Shown one piece after another: positions 1 through 9,845 of a stretch of DNA of 64,000 nucleotides (position 1 is its first letter; each line of letters starts with the position of its first letter). The notes under the pieces were generated by a model. The model saw nothing but the letters and a program-made list of their open reading frames with translations, was not told the DNA's origin and did not search any database. The DNA is from a bacterium (GTDB lineage Bacteria; Oederibacteriota; CAKKQC01): assembly GCA_919901855.1 (NCBI GenBank), contig CAKKQC010000008.1:20345-84344 (forward strand). The letters are read 5' to 3'. Made by a program: the position numbers and the translations under genes.

Positions 1-368
1 CGGCCGAGGCCATCCTCGAGTACCTCGACGGGTCCGGCGTGATCCACACGTACAACGGCCACAGCTTCGACCTCCCCCGCATCAGGGGCGAGCTCGGGCT
101 GGACCTGCGCCGCCGGTTCCGAAGCCGGGACCTCATGCACGACTGCTGGAAACGCAAGTGGATGGGCGGGTTCAAGAAGGTCGAGGAGCGGGTCGGCATC
201 GCGCGCCAGTCGAAGGGGATCGACGGGTGGGCGGCGATGCAGTTGTGGGAAAAGTACATGGACGAGGACAACCTCGAAGCCCTGCAGACGCTCCTGCTCT
301 ACAACCGCGAGGACGTCGAGAACCTCTGGAAGCTGCGGGAAATCCTGGACGGAGCCGTCAGGCCCTAG
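1..368 (+). CDS. RNase H-like / DnaQ-type exonuclease domain protein (YprB-like), 5' partial
   Basis: Frame is open from the window edge (AEAILEYLDGSGVIH). Contains TYNGHSFDLP (ExoII-like) and YNREDV (ExoIII-like). Confidence 0.75.
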   Translation, partial: AEAILEYLDGSGVIHTYNGHSFDLPRIRGELGLDLRRRFRSRDLMHDCWKRKWMGGFKKVEERVGIARQSKGIDGWAAMQLWEKYMDEDNLEALQTLLLYNREDVENLWKLREILDGAVRP

Positions 369-2556
369 AAGAAGCTCTCCGCAGGGCGAAGCCGACCAGC
401 CCCGCGAACGCGAGGAAGCTGAGCCCCAGCCCCGCCGGGATCGTCCAGGGGGCGTAACGCAACCGCACCGCCCCGTGCCGGCCCAGCGGCAGGACGACGC
501 CGATCAGCCCTCCGGGGGCGGCGATGACCCGGGAACCCGGCGGCGCGCCCTCGAGGCGCCAGCCGCGGACATACGACTCGCTCACGATCACGAGCCCGGG
601 CGCCCGGAGGTCGACCGCGAGGTCCCACTCGCCCGGGTGGCGGCTCACGACGGTGCGCACCATGCCCGACTCGCCGGGCTCGACCCAGGCCGGACGCGGC
701 GCGCGCCCCGTCCGCTCATAGATACCGACGTAACCCTTGTGCACCAGCCGCAACCCCTCGCGATTGAGCCGGCTGTCGGTCACGAGCCACCTCACCCCCA
801 GCCGGTCGAAGATCTCGACGGCCTTCGGCTCCCACGGCTGCACGGGCAGACGCAGCGCGCCGTCGAGGTACGCCTCGGTCGCGGCCGGCCGCAGGGGATC
901 GTTGCCGCCCGCCTGCCGCAGCCCGCCCGCCGCGGGCAGGTTGGTCCGGAAAGCGGCCCGCATGTTCTCGAGAACGCCCCGGCGGCCTTTGCCCTCGTCG
1001 AACTCCCGGAAGTCGAGGCGGGGAGTGACCAGTACCCGGCCCCAGGTCCCCGGGCGGACGGCCCCCGTGAACCATCGCTCCGTCGGCGAGGCCGCCATGA
1101 TCCATTCGGACTTCCCGCCGGGTTGGAGCTGCGTCTGCAGCACCCACACGTCGGCACAGGTCAGCACTCCCAGCGCGATCACGGCGGTCCGGATCCCGAT
1201 CTCGCGTCGCACGGCCAGCCCGAGAAACACGAGTCCGCATCCGATCATGGCGGCGGGATACCATACGTTCCCCATCCGTCCCGCGAACACGATCGCCTCG
1301 GGCCCCCAGCGGGACTCGGCCAGCATCTGCCGGGGTTGGCCGAACTCCCACACCTTCGACCCCGCCCACATCGCACCGAGGAAGACGACGGCGAGCGCCC
1401 AGCCCGCCATGACGCGCCGGCCTTCGGCGCCGTGCAGCTTGCGCTCGATCTCGTCCGCGCCGACGGCAGCGAGCCACGCGACCCCGAATCCCGCCAGCGC
1501 GGCCCACAGCCCGGGATGGCGGATGAACGAGAACGGCGGCACCCGGAGCAGGAACGGGCCTACCACGGGCAGGTGGTGCCCCAGCGCCAGTGCGAGCCCC
1601 GCCACGATGAGCCAAACGGGCGCCCGCAGCCCGGGGTCCCGGCGGCGAAGGACGAGGACGCCCACGGCCAGCGCGAGCGGGATGGCGCCGGCGTAGTGCA
1701 GGGAGGTCCAGAGGCCCGGTGTGCCGAGGACCGGCACCTCGGTCACGGGCAGGAACGCGTGCGGCACGAGGAACCCGAGCACGCCCCAGAGCGGCATCGA
1801 TCCGGCGTCGGCTTCGGCCGGCGTGAACCCGTGCGCCCGCGCCGTGTCGCCGAGGTACCCCGCGAACGGGAGCAGGAGCGCGGCGGCGACCGCGGCGGCG
1901 ACGACGGCCGCCGCGAGCGAGGGAACCACCCATCGCCGCTCTCCGTCCCGGCAGGCCATCACGACGACCGCGAGAACGGCCGCGTAGAGGAGGGCGGGCG
2001 GGTATCCCGCGAGGGCCAGCCACCCGAAGACGACCGCGAGGCCCGCCGCCGCGCGCGCGCCTCCGCCCGCGGCCAGACGATCGGCGGTCCACGCCACCCA
2101 CGGAAGCCACGCATACGCGCACAGCACCGGCGGGACGCTCAGGAGCTCGGCCGGATGGGCGCCCAGCGCATAGGCGACGGCGGCCAGGCCCGCAGCCGGG
2201 CCGCCCACCCCCAGCCGCGTGACGAAGACCGCCATCCCCACCGCCGCCAGGACGAGGTGCAGGGCCAGGAAGCATCCGAACGCCACCGGGAATGGCAGGA
2301 AACGGTACAGCATCGCGGGCGGGTACCACGCCTGGAACGTCGGGTCCGCGAGCAGTGGGTGGCCGCAGAACAGGTACGGGTCCCAGCGCGGCAGCCGGGA
2401 AGGCGCCTCGGCCAGCAGCCGACTGGTCACGGCCTGGAACGGATAATGCTGGCGCAGGGAGTCGGAGAGGTAGACCATCTCCACGCCCGCGATGCGGGCC
2501 CACATGGGCACGCAGACCGCGACCAGGATCCAGAGCAGGAGCCGCCGGGGAATCAC
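358..2556 (-). CDS. YfhO-like polytopic membrane protein (putative GT-C glycosyltransferase)
   Basis: Many TM segments; PRWDPYLFCGHPLLADP..WYP motif; C-terminal VSESYVRGW...LRYAP typical of YfhO. Start set at GTG 2556, 6 nt after TATAAT; the 3111 start overlaps the divergent gene. Confidence 0.75.
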   Translation of the reverse strand: MIPRRLLLWILVAVCVPMWARIAGVEMVYLSDSLRQHYPFQAVTSRLLAEAPSRLPRWDPYLFCGHPLLADPTFQAWYPPAMLYRFLPFPVAFGCFLALHLVLAAVGMAVFVTRLGVGGPAAGLAAVAYALGAHPAELLSVPPVLCAYAWLPWVAWTADRLAAGGGARAAAGLAVVFGWLALAGYPPALLYAAVLAVVVMACRDGERRWVVPSLAAAVVAAAVAAALLLPFAGYLGDTARAHGFTPAEADAGSMPLWGVLGFLVPHAFLPVTEVPVLGTPGLWTSLHYAGAIPLALAVGVLVLRRRDPGLRAPVWLIVAGLALALGHHLPVVGPFLLRVPPFSFIRHPGLWAALAGFGVAWLAAVGADEIERKLHGAEGRRVMAGWALAVVFLGAMWAGSKVWEFGQPRQMLAESRWGPEAIVFAGRMGNVWYPAAMIGCGLVFLGLAVRREIGIRTAVIALGVLTCADVWVLQTQLQPGGKSEWIMAASPTERWFTGAVRPGTWGRVLVTPRLDFREFDEGKGRRGVLENMRAAFRTNLPAAGGLRQAGGNDPLRPAATEAYLDGALRLPVQPWEPKAVEIFDRLGVRWLVTDSRLNREGLRLVHKGYVGIYERTGRAPRPAWVEPGESGMVRTVVSRHPGEWDLAVDLRAPGLVIVSESYVRGWRLEGAPPGSRVIAAPGGLIGVVLPLGRHGAVRLRYAPWTIPAGLGLSFLAFAGLVGFALRRASSRA

Positions 2557-2590
2557 CGCCGGATTATACATAAGATAGAATGCTTGCGTG
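2556..2590. promoter_or_regulatory. Back-to-back leaderless promoters
   Basis: Minus strand TATAAT (2563-2568)-N6-GTG (2556); plus strand TAGAAT (2576-2581)-N6-GTG (2588). AT-rich island in a GC-rich background. Confidence 0.7.
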
Positions 2591-5326
2591 CTGTCAGCCT
2601 TGATCCTCTTCGTGTCCGCGGCGACCGGCGCGGCCGCCGCACCGCCTCCCCCGCTCATCGCCACGCTGTCGGCGCCGGGCGTCATCACGATCCGCGACGG
2701 CGCGCGCGAGGTGGCGTGGATCGGCGCGGGCTGCTTCCTGCCCGGCTGGCGGTGGCGCGAGCCCGCGACGGGCCGGTGCGACGGCCGCGGCTCGTGCGCG
2801 GGCACGATCGGACTTGGCGACGATCGGTCCGCCTCCGCCACCGTGACCGTGACCGCCGCCGGCCGCACGCTGACGCTGGCCTGGGACTTCGCCCCGTCGG
2901 CCAGCGTCGCCGTCGAGAGCCTGCACGCCTCCCTCACGGTCCCGGTCGAGGACTGGTTCGAGGCGCCTTTCACGGTCGCCGGCACGCGGGGGCGCATCTC
3001 GACCGCGCACCCAGCTTCGATCCACCTCGGCGACGGCACCGGCACCCGGATGACGCTGGGTCCCCGGGCCCCCGGAGGGCGGACCCTCACGGTCACGACG
3101 GCCTCCCGCACGGCGCTCGGACTTCAGGACAGCCGGCAATGGGGCGGCCGGCTGGATCTCCGGATCGGGGGCCTTCGCTCCCGCGTCTGGAAGGCCCGCG
3201 AACGCGTCCGCATCCGGTTCACGCTCGCGTTCGACCGCCCGGTGAAACTGGTCTACGATAGGCCCGTGAAACTCGAAGCGTCCGCCGACTGGATCCCCCT
3301 CGACGGCTCCCTCGATATCGCCCCCGGCTCGGCCCTCGACTGGTCCGGCATGCCGTGGCGGCACGAACCCGCGGGATCGCGCGGCTGGGTCCGGGCGGGC
3401 GCGACGAATCCCGGGGCCTTTGAATTCGAGAAGGCGCCAGGCATCCCGGCCCGGTTCAACGGAGCTAACCTGTGCTTCGAGGCCAACTTCCCGGATCACG
3501 CGGCCGCGGACCGGCTGGCCGAACGATTCGCCCGGCTCGGCTGGAACACGATGCGGATCCACCACTACGAAACGTCGTGGGGCGACATCGGAGGCCTGGT
3601 GGACCGCAACGCCGGGGACTCGCTGACGTTCAACCCCGAAGCCCTGGACCGGTTCGACTACTTCTTCGCCGCCATGAAGAAGCGTGGCATCTACCTCACC
3701 ACCGACCTCTACGTGAACCGGCGGGTGCTCGCGAGCGAGATCTTCGACGGCGGCGAGGGCGATGTCGCCTACCGGTTCAAGCAGCTCGTCGCCGTCTCGG
3801 ACCGGGCGATGGCCAATTGGCGGGAGTTCGCGCGGCGGCTCCTGACCCACGTCAACCCCTACACGAACCTCGCGTACCGCGACGACCCCGCGCTCGCCTG
3901 GATCTCGCTCATCAACGAGGGCGACCTCATGAACTCGCCGGACGAGCTCGTCCGGGATCCGCGCGAGAAGGCGCTGTGGGACGCCGCGTTCGCGAAATGG
4001 AAGAGGGAAACGGGGAGCACCGGGGAGTGGGGCTCCGAGCCGTGGAAGAGGTTCATGTGGGAGCTCCAGCGCGCGACCGACCGGAAGATGATCGCGTTTC
4101 TCCGCGATGAACTCGGGGTCAACGCGTTGCTGACCGACATCAATGCCTGGGCCGACCAGTGGGGCGCCCAGGTGGTAAGGGCGGATTTCGGATACGTCGA
4201 CAACCACTTCTACTGGGACCACCCGAACTTCATTGAGAAGGACTGGTCGCTGCCCTCGCGGGGCGGTTCCGGGAGCGGAAGCGCGATCGAGTCCGGAGGA
4301 GGGCTCAACGACCGCTGCCTTAACCGCCTCCTCGACCGGCCGTTCACGGTCACGGAGTGGAACTACGCGGGGCCGAATCCGAACCGGGCCGAGGGCGGCC
4401 TGGTCGCGGGCGCGCTCGCGGCCGTCCAGGACTGGGGCGGCCTCTGGCGTTTCGCGTACTCGCACGGGCTCGGGGGGATGCTGGAACCCGTCCCCGCCGG
4501 CTACTTCGACTCCGCCACGGACCCCCTGCGGCTGGCCTCCGAATATGCGGTCACGGCGCTCTTCCTGCGCGGCGACATCCCGCCGGCGAAGCACGCGGTC
4601 GCGGTCGCCGGTACGGCAGCCGAGTGGATGGCGGCGCCGGGGACGTGGTGCGGCGGCGACCTGAACGCCCTCGGTTTCGTGGTCCGGGTGGGCACCCTCG
4701 CCGGCGGCACGCCGGGCGCGGACGCCCTGGCGCTCCCGCTGGCCGAAGGCTTCGCGAAAGGCAACCTGGGCCCGGTAATCGAAAAGCTCCGCGGACGCGG
4801 ATTCCTGCCCGCGGCCAACGCCACCCGGCCGGACGGCGCCGTGCTCGAGAGTGAAGGTGGCGAGATCCGGCTGGAGCGGGGCGCCGGGGTCTTCTCGGTG
4901 GCCGCCCCGCGCACCGCCGGGCTGGCCGGCCCCGAGGGCACCGACCGGGCGCTGGGCGCGCTCACCGTAAAGCTGACGAAATCACGGGCGGCGATCTGGG
5001 CCACGAGCCTCGACGGCAAGCCGCTCGACGAAAGCGGACGCATCCTCCTCGTCCACCTGACCGACCTCCAGAACACGGGCGAGACGTTCCGCGGCCAGGA
5101 TCGCAAGGTCCTCGAAGCCTGGGGGAAAATGCCCTGGCTCGTCGCCGCCGGGTCCGCCTCGGTCCGGCTGACCCGGAAGTCCCCGGGCGCCCTGGAGGTT
5201 TGGCGGCTCGACCTGTCGGGCAAGCGGATATCGAAGGTGCCGGTGAAGGCCAACGGAACCGGGGTCGCCTTCGAAGTCTCGACGGGACCCGACGCCACGC
5301 TGTACTACGAGGTCCTCGCGCCCTAA
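2588..5326 (+). CDS. Secreted clan GH-A (GH5/GH42-like) glycoside hydrolase
   Basis: Signal peptide; GWNTMRIHH, GIYLTTDL, SLINEG (putative acid/base Glu), VDNHFYWDHP, FTVTEWN (putative nucleophile Glu). Confidence 0.65.
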   Translation: MLSALILFVSAATGAAAAPPPPLIATLSAPGVITIRDGAREVAWIGAGCFLPGWRWREPATGRCDGRGSCAGTIGLGDDRSASATVTVTAAGRTLTLAWDFAPSASVAVESLHASLTVPVEDWFEAPFTVAGTRGRISTAHPASIHLGDGTGTRMTLGPRAPGGRTLTVTTASRTALGLQDSRQWGGRLDLRIGGLRSRVWKARERVRIRFTLAFDRPVKLVYDRPVKLEASADWIPLDGSLDIAPGSALDWSGMPWRHEPAGSRGWVRAGATNPGAFEFEKAPGIPARFNGANLCFEANFPDHAAADRLAERFARLGWNTMRIHHYETSWGDIGGLVDRNAGDSLTFNPEALDRFDYFFAAMKKRGIYLTTDLYVNRRVLASEIFDGGEGDVAYRFKQLVAVSDRAMANWREFARRLLTHVNPYTNLAYRDDPALAWISLINEGDLMNSPDELVRDPREKALWDAAFAKWKRETGSTGEWGSEPWKRFMWELQRATDRKMIAFLRDELGVNALLTDINAWADQWGAQVVRADFGYVDNHFYWDHPNFIEKDWSLPSRGGSGSGSAIESGGGLNDRCLNRLLDRPFTVTEWNYAGPNPNRAEGGLVAGALAAVQDWGGLWRFAYSHGLGGMLEPVPAGYFDSATDPLRLASEYAVTALFLRGDIPPAKHAVAVAGTAAEWMAAPGTWCGGDLNALGFVVRVGTLAGGTPGADALALPLAEGFAKGNLGPVIEKLRGRGFLPAANATRPDGAVLESEGGEIRLERGAGVFSVAAPRTAGLAGPEGTDRALGALTVKLTKSRAAIWATSLDGKPLDESGRILLVHLTDLQNTGETFRGQDRKVLEAWGKMPWLVAAGSASVRLTRKSPGALEVWRLDLSGKRISKVPVKANGTGVAFEVSTGPDATLYYEVLAP

Positions 5327-5958
5327 GCCTTGTTCCTGCGGCGGTGGCGGAGGTATTCGAACACGATCGGAAGCAGGGACACCGCGATGATGACGATGAT
5401 GAGCAGGTCGATGCGCTTGATCACGGCGGGGAACGTCTTCCCCAGCGTGTAGCCCAGGAGCGTCACGGAACAGATCCAGCCGATCCCGCCCCACACGTTG
5501 AAGGTCGCGAACCGGCGGTAGGACATCTGCGCGATCCCCGCCACGACCGGAGCGAACGTGCGAATGATGGGAACGAACCGGGCAATCACGATCGTCTTGC
5601 CCCCATGGCGGTCGTAGAACTCCTTCGTCTTGAGAAGGTGGTCGCGCCGGAAGAACCACGTCTGCTTGCGGCGGTAGAGCGGCTCCCCCGCCTTGAGCCC
5701 GATCCAGTAGCCGGTCGCGTCGCCGAGGATCGCCGCGATCGAACCGCCGAGCAGGAGCCACCCGAGCGGGAGGTCGCCGCGCGCGGCGAACAACCCGGCG
5801 GCGACGAGCAGGGAGTCCCCCGGCAGGAAGAATCCGATCAGGAGTCCGGTTTCGCTGAAGACGATGAGCAGGATGCCCGCGAGGCCGCCCCAGCGGATCA
5901 CGCCTTCGACGTCGTAGACCTTCGAGAAGAGATGGATGAGGTCGTTCAGGGACTCCAT
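5323..5958 (-). CDS. dedA: DedA family (VTT domain) membrane protein
   Basis: FSETGLLIGFFLPGDSLL, GDATGYWIG, ARFVPIIRTFAP motifs. Confidence 0.92.
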   Translation of the reverse strand: MESLNDLIHLFSKVYDVEGVIRWGGLAGILLIVFSETGLLIGFFLPGDSLLVAAGLFAARGDLPLGWLLLGGSIAAILGDATGYWIGLKAGEPLYRRKQTWFFRRDHLLKTKEFYDRHGGKTIVIARFVPIIRTFAPVVAGIAQMSYRRFATFNVWGGIGWICSVTLLGYTLGKTFPAVIKRIDLLIIVIIAVSLLPIVFEYLRHRRRNKA

Positions 5959-5990
5959 TGGTGTTCCAACACTGTATCATGGAGCCTTCC

Positions 5991-7205
5991 ATGACGAACC
6001 GCCGAGACGGCGCCCAGGGCCTGGAGATGAAGTTCATCCAGCTCTACTTCTGGGTCTACTGGCTCCAGTGCCTGAACGGCACGTGGCTCAACCTCTACCT
6101 GAACCAGGTCACGGGCTACTCGAAGTCCCAGATCGGGTACCTCTCGTCCATCTTCATGATGTCCGGCGTCGTCCTCACGCCCCTGATCGCGATCCGGTTC
6201 GACGTCTCGCGGAAGCGGCCGGCCTTCCTGGCCGCCCTCGCCCTGCTCGCCGGCTTCACCTTCTGCCTCTACACCCTCCCCGTGCCCTGGCCGGTCCTGA
6301 TCCCCGTGGCCGTGGCCTTCGCCTGCGGCTGGATGCCCCTGGTCCCGCTCATGGACACCGTCGCCTCCATGGAGCACGTGACCGGCGCCTCGAAGCACGG
6401 GTACGGCGGCTATCGCCGCTGGGGCACGGTCGGATTCGCGCTCGCCGGCGTGCTCTCGGGCCGGCTCACCGGGGCGGCCGGGCTCTGGTCGGTCTTCCCC
6501 GCGTATCTCGCGTGCGCGCTCGCGGTCGCGTGGTTCGCGTGGTCGATCCCCGCGCACCAGGCCGCGCACCCATCCGAGGCCGGATCGACGAAGGTGCGGG
6601 TCCCCAACCCATCCGCGGTTCTGGAACTCCTCCGGCTCCCGAACTTCCGGCGGTTCCTGGCCGTGATCCTGTTCGCCTCGATCGGCTCCGCCATGTGCTA
6701 CACCTTCCGCTCGATCTACCTCTCGTCCATCGGACTCTCCAACGGCACCATCGGGATGCTCTGGCTGCTGATCATTCCCGGCGAGTTCGTCTGCTTCACC
6801 TGGGCGGCGCGGTGGATGAACCGCTGGGGCACCGGGCCCCTGGTCATGTTCGGCCTGGTGGTCGCGGGACTGCGCTGGATACTGCTCTCATTCGCCCGGC
6901 CGCCGTGGCTCTACGCGGTCGAGATCCTGCACGGCATCGGATTCGCGGTCTACTACCCCGCCGCCGTCGCCTTCGTCCAGGCCGAGGCGCCCGCGCGTCT
7001 CCGCGGCACCGCCCAGGTCCTGTTCTTCTCGGTCGCGGCGGGGCTGGGCAGCGCCCTCGGCGCGGCCGTGGCCGGCAGGATGTCCGACGTCCTCGGCATG
7101 CAGCCGGTCCTCTGGTTCGGCGGCGGGCTCCAGGTCGCCGGCGGCATCCTGCAAATCATCCTGGTAAGGCACCGGCCGCCCCAGCGGGAGGGCGGAGGGC
7201 AATAA
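5991..7205 (+). CDS. MFS transporter (MFS_1_like; nucleoside/oligosaccharide:H+ symporter-like)
   Basis: About 12 hydrophobic segments; YGGYRRWGTVGF, LRWIL, EILHGIGFA motifs. Start could be 5979, 5991 or 6027. Confidence 0.8.
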   Translation: MTNRRDGAQGLEMKFIQLYFWVYWLQCLNGTWLNLYLNQVTGYSKSQIGYLSSIFMMSGVVLTPLIAIRFDVSRKRPAFLAALALLAGFTFCLYTLPVPWPVLIPVAVAFACGWMPLVPLMDTVASMEHVTGASKHGYGGYRRWGTVGFALAGVLSGRLTGAAGLWSVFPAYLACALAVAWFAWSIPAHQAAHPSEAGSTKVRVPNPSAVLELLRLPNFRRFLAVILFASIGSAMCYTFRSIYLSSIGLSNGTIGMLWLLIIPGEFVCFTWAARWMNRWGTGPLVMFGLVVAGLRWILLSFARPPWLYAVEILHGIGFAVYYPAAVAFVQAEAPARLRGTAQVLFFSVAAGLGSALGAAVAGRMSDVLGMQPVLWFGGGLQVAGGILQIILVRHRPPQREGGGQ

Positions 7206-7232
7206 CCCGGGGCCCCGTGCGATCATAGGATC

Positions 7233-8555
7233 ATGGATATCCTGTCCGGGGCCCTGAAGGAGAACGAGGCCGAGATCATCGCCGGGTGGGTGCAGGCCCT
7301 CGACAAGATCCATGGCGACCCGTTCGGCGGCGGCTTCGCCGATCCCTACAAGGAGACCCGGATCGCCTTTCAGGCGCTCCTCGCGATCCTCGAGCGCAAC
7401 GACAAGAAGCCGGCGGAGGAACAGGCCGCCCGGCTCGTCGGCCTCCCGCCCCTGCGCGGCGCCGGGGTGACCGCCACGATCCGCGGCTACTACGCCCTCT
7501 TCGAGGCCGTGCGGCCGGCGCTGGATGAGGCGTACCCCGAGGGCCGGCGCGATTCGCTCCCCCACGATGTCGAACGGCTGCGCTCGGCGGTCGGACTGAT
7601 GACGGGCCTCCTGACCGCCGCCCACTTCGCGCACAGCGCGGAGTGGCAGAACACGTGGGACAAGATGGCGTTCCACGGGCTCAAGGGACCCGTCGCGCGC
7701 ATGACCTCGGAACTCCAGGCGCTGTCCGCCGGAGCCGGCGAGGCGATGCCCCACGCGTTTCGCGAGGTGCTCCGCGACGCCCTGCGGTCCAGCCGCCAGC
7801 TCATGAGCATCGTCGAATCGCTCTTCGCCATGCACCGGCTGGGCGAGGGCCTGCTCGACACGAAAGCCGAGCCGATGCCGATCTCCGCCCTGTTCGAGCC
7901 CGTGACCGGGGACCTCAACAAGCGGGCGTCCGCCGACCGCAAGACCCTGACGTGGGGAGACCTGCCCCCCGGGGTGGCCGTGTGCGCCGACCGCGAATTC
8001 ATGCGCCGCGCGCTCGTTCTGGTCCTGCAGCGGGCGCTCGACGAGACCGAACCGGGCGGCACGATCCGGGTGGATCCCGCCGCGGATTCGGGGACGGTCA
8101 AGGTCATGGTCCGGTACCAGAGCCAGGATCCTCCCCCGCCGGCCGACGCGCCCGAACCGGTTGAATACGCCTTCGCCCGGCTGGCGTTCGACCATGTGGG
8201 AGGCCGCGTGGATGTCACGCGCGATCCCGGGAACGTGGTGTCCGTCGTATTCCGGTTCCCCCCCGCGGCGGGCACGGCCTGCGCCGGGGTGCCGGCCACC
8301 GCCGCGACGGGCCCGGCCGCCGTTGCGGGCACCCCGGCCGCCGAACCCGCCCCCCCGTCCGGGATCAGGATCATCCGCACGGGCCCGGCCACACAGGCAT
8401 CCGGCGATTCCCCGAAGCCGGCCCCGCCGCCCCCGCGGGAGGCGCCGGCGCTCGGCGAAGGGAAGCCCGACGACTCCGCGCGGGGGGAACTCAAGATCGT
8501 CAGGGGCGGCATGGCTCCGCCCGTCTTCCCGGAGAACAAGGGCAAACCGGAATAG
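7233..8555 (+). CDS. Degenerate histidine-kinase-like protein (helical N-domain + HisKA-like + HATPase-like, Pro/Ala tail), paralog A
   Basis: H-box-like FHGLKGPV; N-box region LVLVLQRALDET lacks Asn; no DxGxG; clear similarity to 19522-20679. Confidence 0.6.
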   Translation: MDILSGALKENEAEIIAGWVQALDKIHGDPFGGGFADPYKETRIAFQALLAILERNDKKPAEEQAARLVGLPPLRGAGVTATIRGYYALFEAVRPALDEAYPEGRRDSLPHDVERLRSAVGLMTGLLTAAHFAHSAEWQNTWDKMAFHGLKGPVARMTSELQALSAGAGEAMPHAFREVLRDALRSSRQLMSIVESLFAMHRLGEGLLDTKAEPMPISALFEPVTGDLNKRASADRKTLTWGDLPPGVAVCADREFMRRALVLVLQRALDETEPGGTIRVDPAADSGTVKVMVRYQSQDPPPPADAPEPVEYAFARLAFDHVGGRVDVTRDPGNVVSVVFRFPPAAGTACAGVPATAATGPAAVAGTPAAEPAPPSGIRIIRTGPATQASGDSPKPAPPPPREAPALGEGKPDDSARGELKIVRGGMAPPVFPENKGKPE

Positions 8556-8591
8556 TGGCCGGCCCGGCCCGGTAGCCGGGCGAGCCGACAC

Positions 8592-9845
8592 CTAGAAGTT
8601 CGGAGCTTCCTCCAGGGGCTTATCCGCCGCGGGTTCCTTGACCGCCGCCGGTGGTGGGGTCGAGACGGCAGGCTCTGTCGCAGTCGAAACGGCGGGTTCC
8701 TTCCGGGGAGTGGCGACGGCAGGTTCCGACCGGGGGGTTGCGACGGCGGGTTCTGTTGGGGTCGAGACGGCAGGTTCCGACCGGGGGGTCGCGACGGCGG
8801 GTTCCTTCCGGCCGTCGATTGTCGACTGCACAGGAACCGCCGCCAGCCCCGCCTCCGTCTTGGCCGCGGAGCCCCGGAAAGCCCCGAGATTGAACCCGAG
8901 CGACATATGGTGGGTCGCGTCGAACGGCCCCAGCTTCCCGAGGTAGGCATAGTCCACTGAGATGCCGCGGATCGCGAGCCCAAGTCCGCCCGAGAACACC
9001 CCGCCGTCGCGCGCCATCCGAACCCCCACCCGCACCGCGACCGCGACCGTGGAGACGGGCCAGACCACCTCGACCCCCGTCCGCCCCTCGGGTTGGGCCG
9101 TGGCGCGGGGAACATCGGCCGCAAAGGACAGCAACAGCCGGGCGCGGCGCGAAAGGGCCTGCTCCACCAAAGCGCCGGATCGCCAGACGAGCGGCGACGC
9201 ATCCGAGGCGCCGCCGTAGTCGAACCGTTGACCGACGTTGGCCGCCGCGAACGAGAGCACGAGCCAGTTCGGGTTTTCCACCTGCGCCGTGTCCTCGTCG
9301 TACCAGTCGGGCGGCGATAGGCGGAGGCGCAGGCGAGCCCCGAGGTCGCCGAGCATCGCCGAGGACTTGTAGGTCCCCAGGAGCGTCGAGCTCACGTACT
9401 TGAGCGACGCGCCGGCGCAGAGCGGTCCCGTCCTCGCCGCGGCGGCCAGGGCCACGAGCCGGTCGGACTCCAGGTCGGCCGTGTACCGCGTCCCCACGTA
9501 GTCGTAAGTCTCGATGGTCCCCGCGCCGAGCGTCTGGAGCGCGATTCCGCCCGAGAACCATGGCAGGATGTCGCCCGCCGCCGCTAGCCCCTCGTACCGG
9601 ACATCCTCGACGCCCTGGTCCAGCCCGGCCTCGACGGCACCGGGGCCGACAGCCCCCGCCGCCGCGGGGTTCACGAGCAGGGAGCCCGGGGAGTCCGGGA
9701 GCGCCCCTTGGGCGCCCCCGAGCGCGAGCACGCGCGCGCCAAACGGCAGGCGTGCCAGCAGTCCGCCCGCGGACCCCGCGCCATCCGCCGCGAAGGCGGA
9801 CCCGGCCGCGAGCAGGACGGCGAGGCAGGCCGTTGCCGCGGTCAC
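8592..9845 (-). CDS. PorV/PorQ-like (FadL-fold) outer-membrane beta-barrel with repetitive C-terminal tail
   Basis: Signal peptide; LPFGARVLALGGA...NPA N-terminal signature; VDYAY..LG....HHMSLGF end of barrel. GTG start overlaps the upstream stop (GTGA at 9842-9845). Confidence 0.7.
   Translation of the reverse strand: MTAATACLAVLLAAGSAFAADGAGSAGGLLARLPFGARVLALGGAQGALPDSPGSLLVNPAAAGAVGPGAVEAGLDQGVEDVRYEGLAAAGDILPWFSGGIALQTLGAGTIETYDYVGTRYTADLESDRLVALAAAARTGPLCAGASLKYVSSTLLGTYKSSAMLGDLGARLRLRLSPPDWYDEDTAQVENPNWLVLSFAAANVGQRFDYGGASDASPLVWRSGALVEQALSRRARLLLSFAADVPRATAQPEGRTGVEVVWPVSTVAVAVRVGVRMARDGGVFSGGLGLAIRGISVDYAYLGKLGPFDATHHMSLGFNLGAFRGSAAKTEAGLAAVPVQSTIDGRKEPAVATPRSEPAVSTPTEPAVATPRSEPAVATPRKEPAVSTATEPAVSTPPPAAVKEPAADKPLEEAPNF
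8625..8810 (-). repeat. Coding tandem repeat, 24-27 bp units encoding EPAV(A/S)T(P/A)x
   Basis: KEPAVATPRS EPAVSTPT EPAVATPRS EPAVATPRK EPAVSTAT EPAVSTP; DNA units such as gacggcaggttccgaccgggggg recur. Confidence 0.85.

Noticed and set aside
1-368. Stand-alone exonuclease acting as trans proofreader for the PolB2
   Set aside because: It is 25 kb away, the gene is partial and its promoter is outside the window; nothing links the two.
475-3261. Long Arg/Pro/Gly-rich ORFs antisense or frame-shifted to real genes (e.g. 475-3261, 21082-22797, 25706-27946, 34957-37410, 42668-47455)
   Set aside because: Shadow frames expected at this GC content; no motifs, and each overlaps a well-supported gene.
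8625-8810. Possible CRISPR array
   Set aside because: Units abut without unique spacers, lengths are multiples of 3 and in frame, and there are no cas genes.
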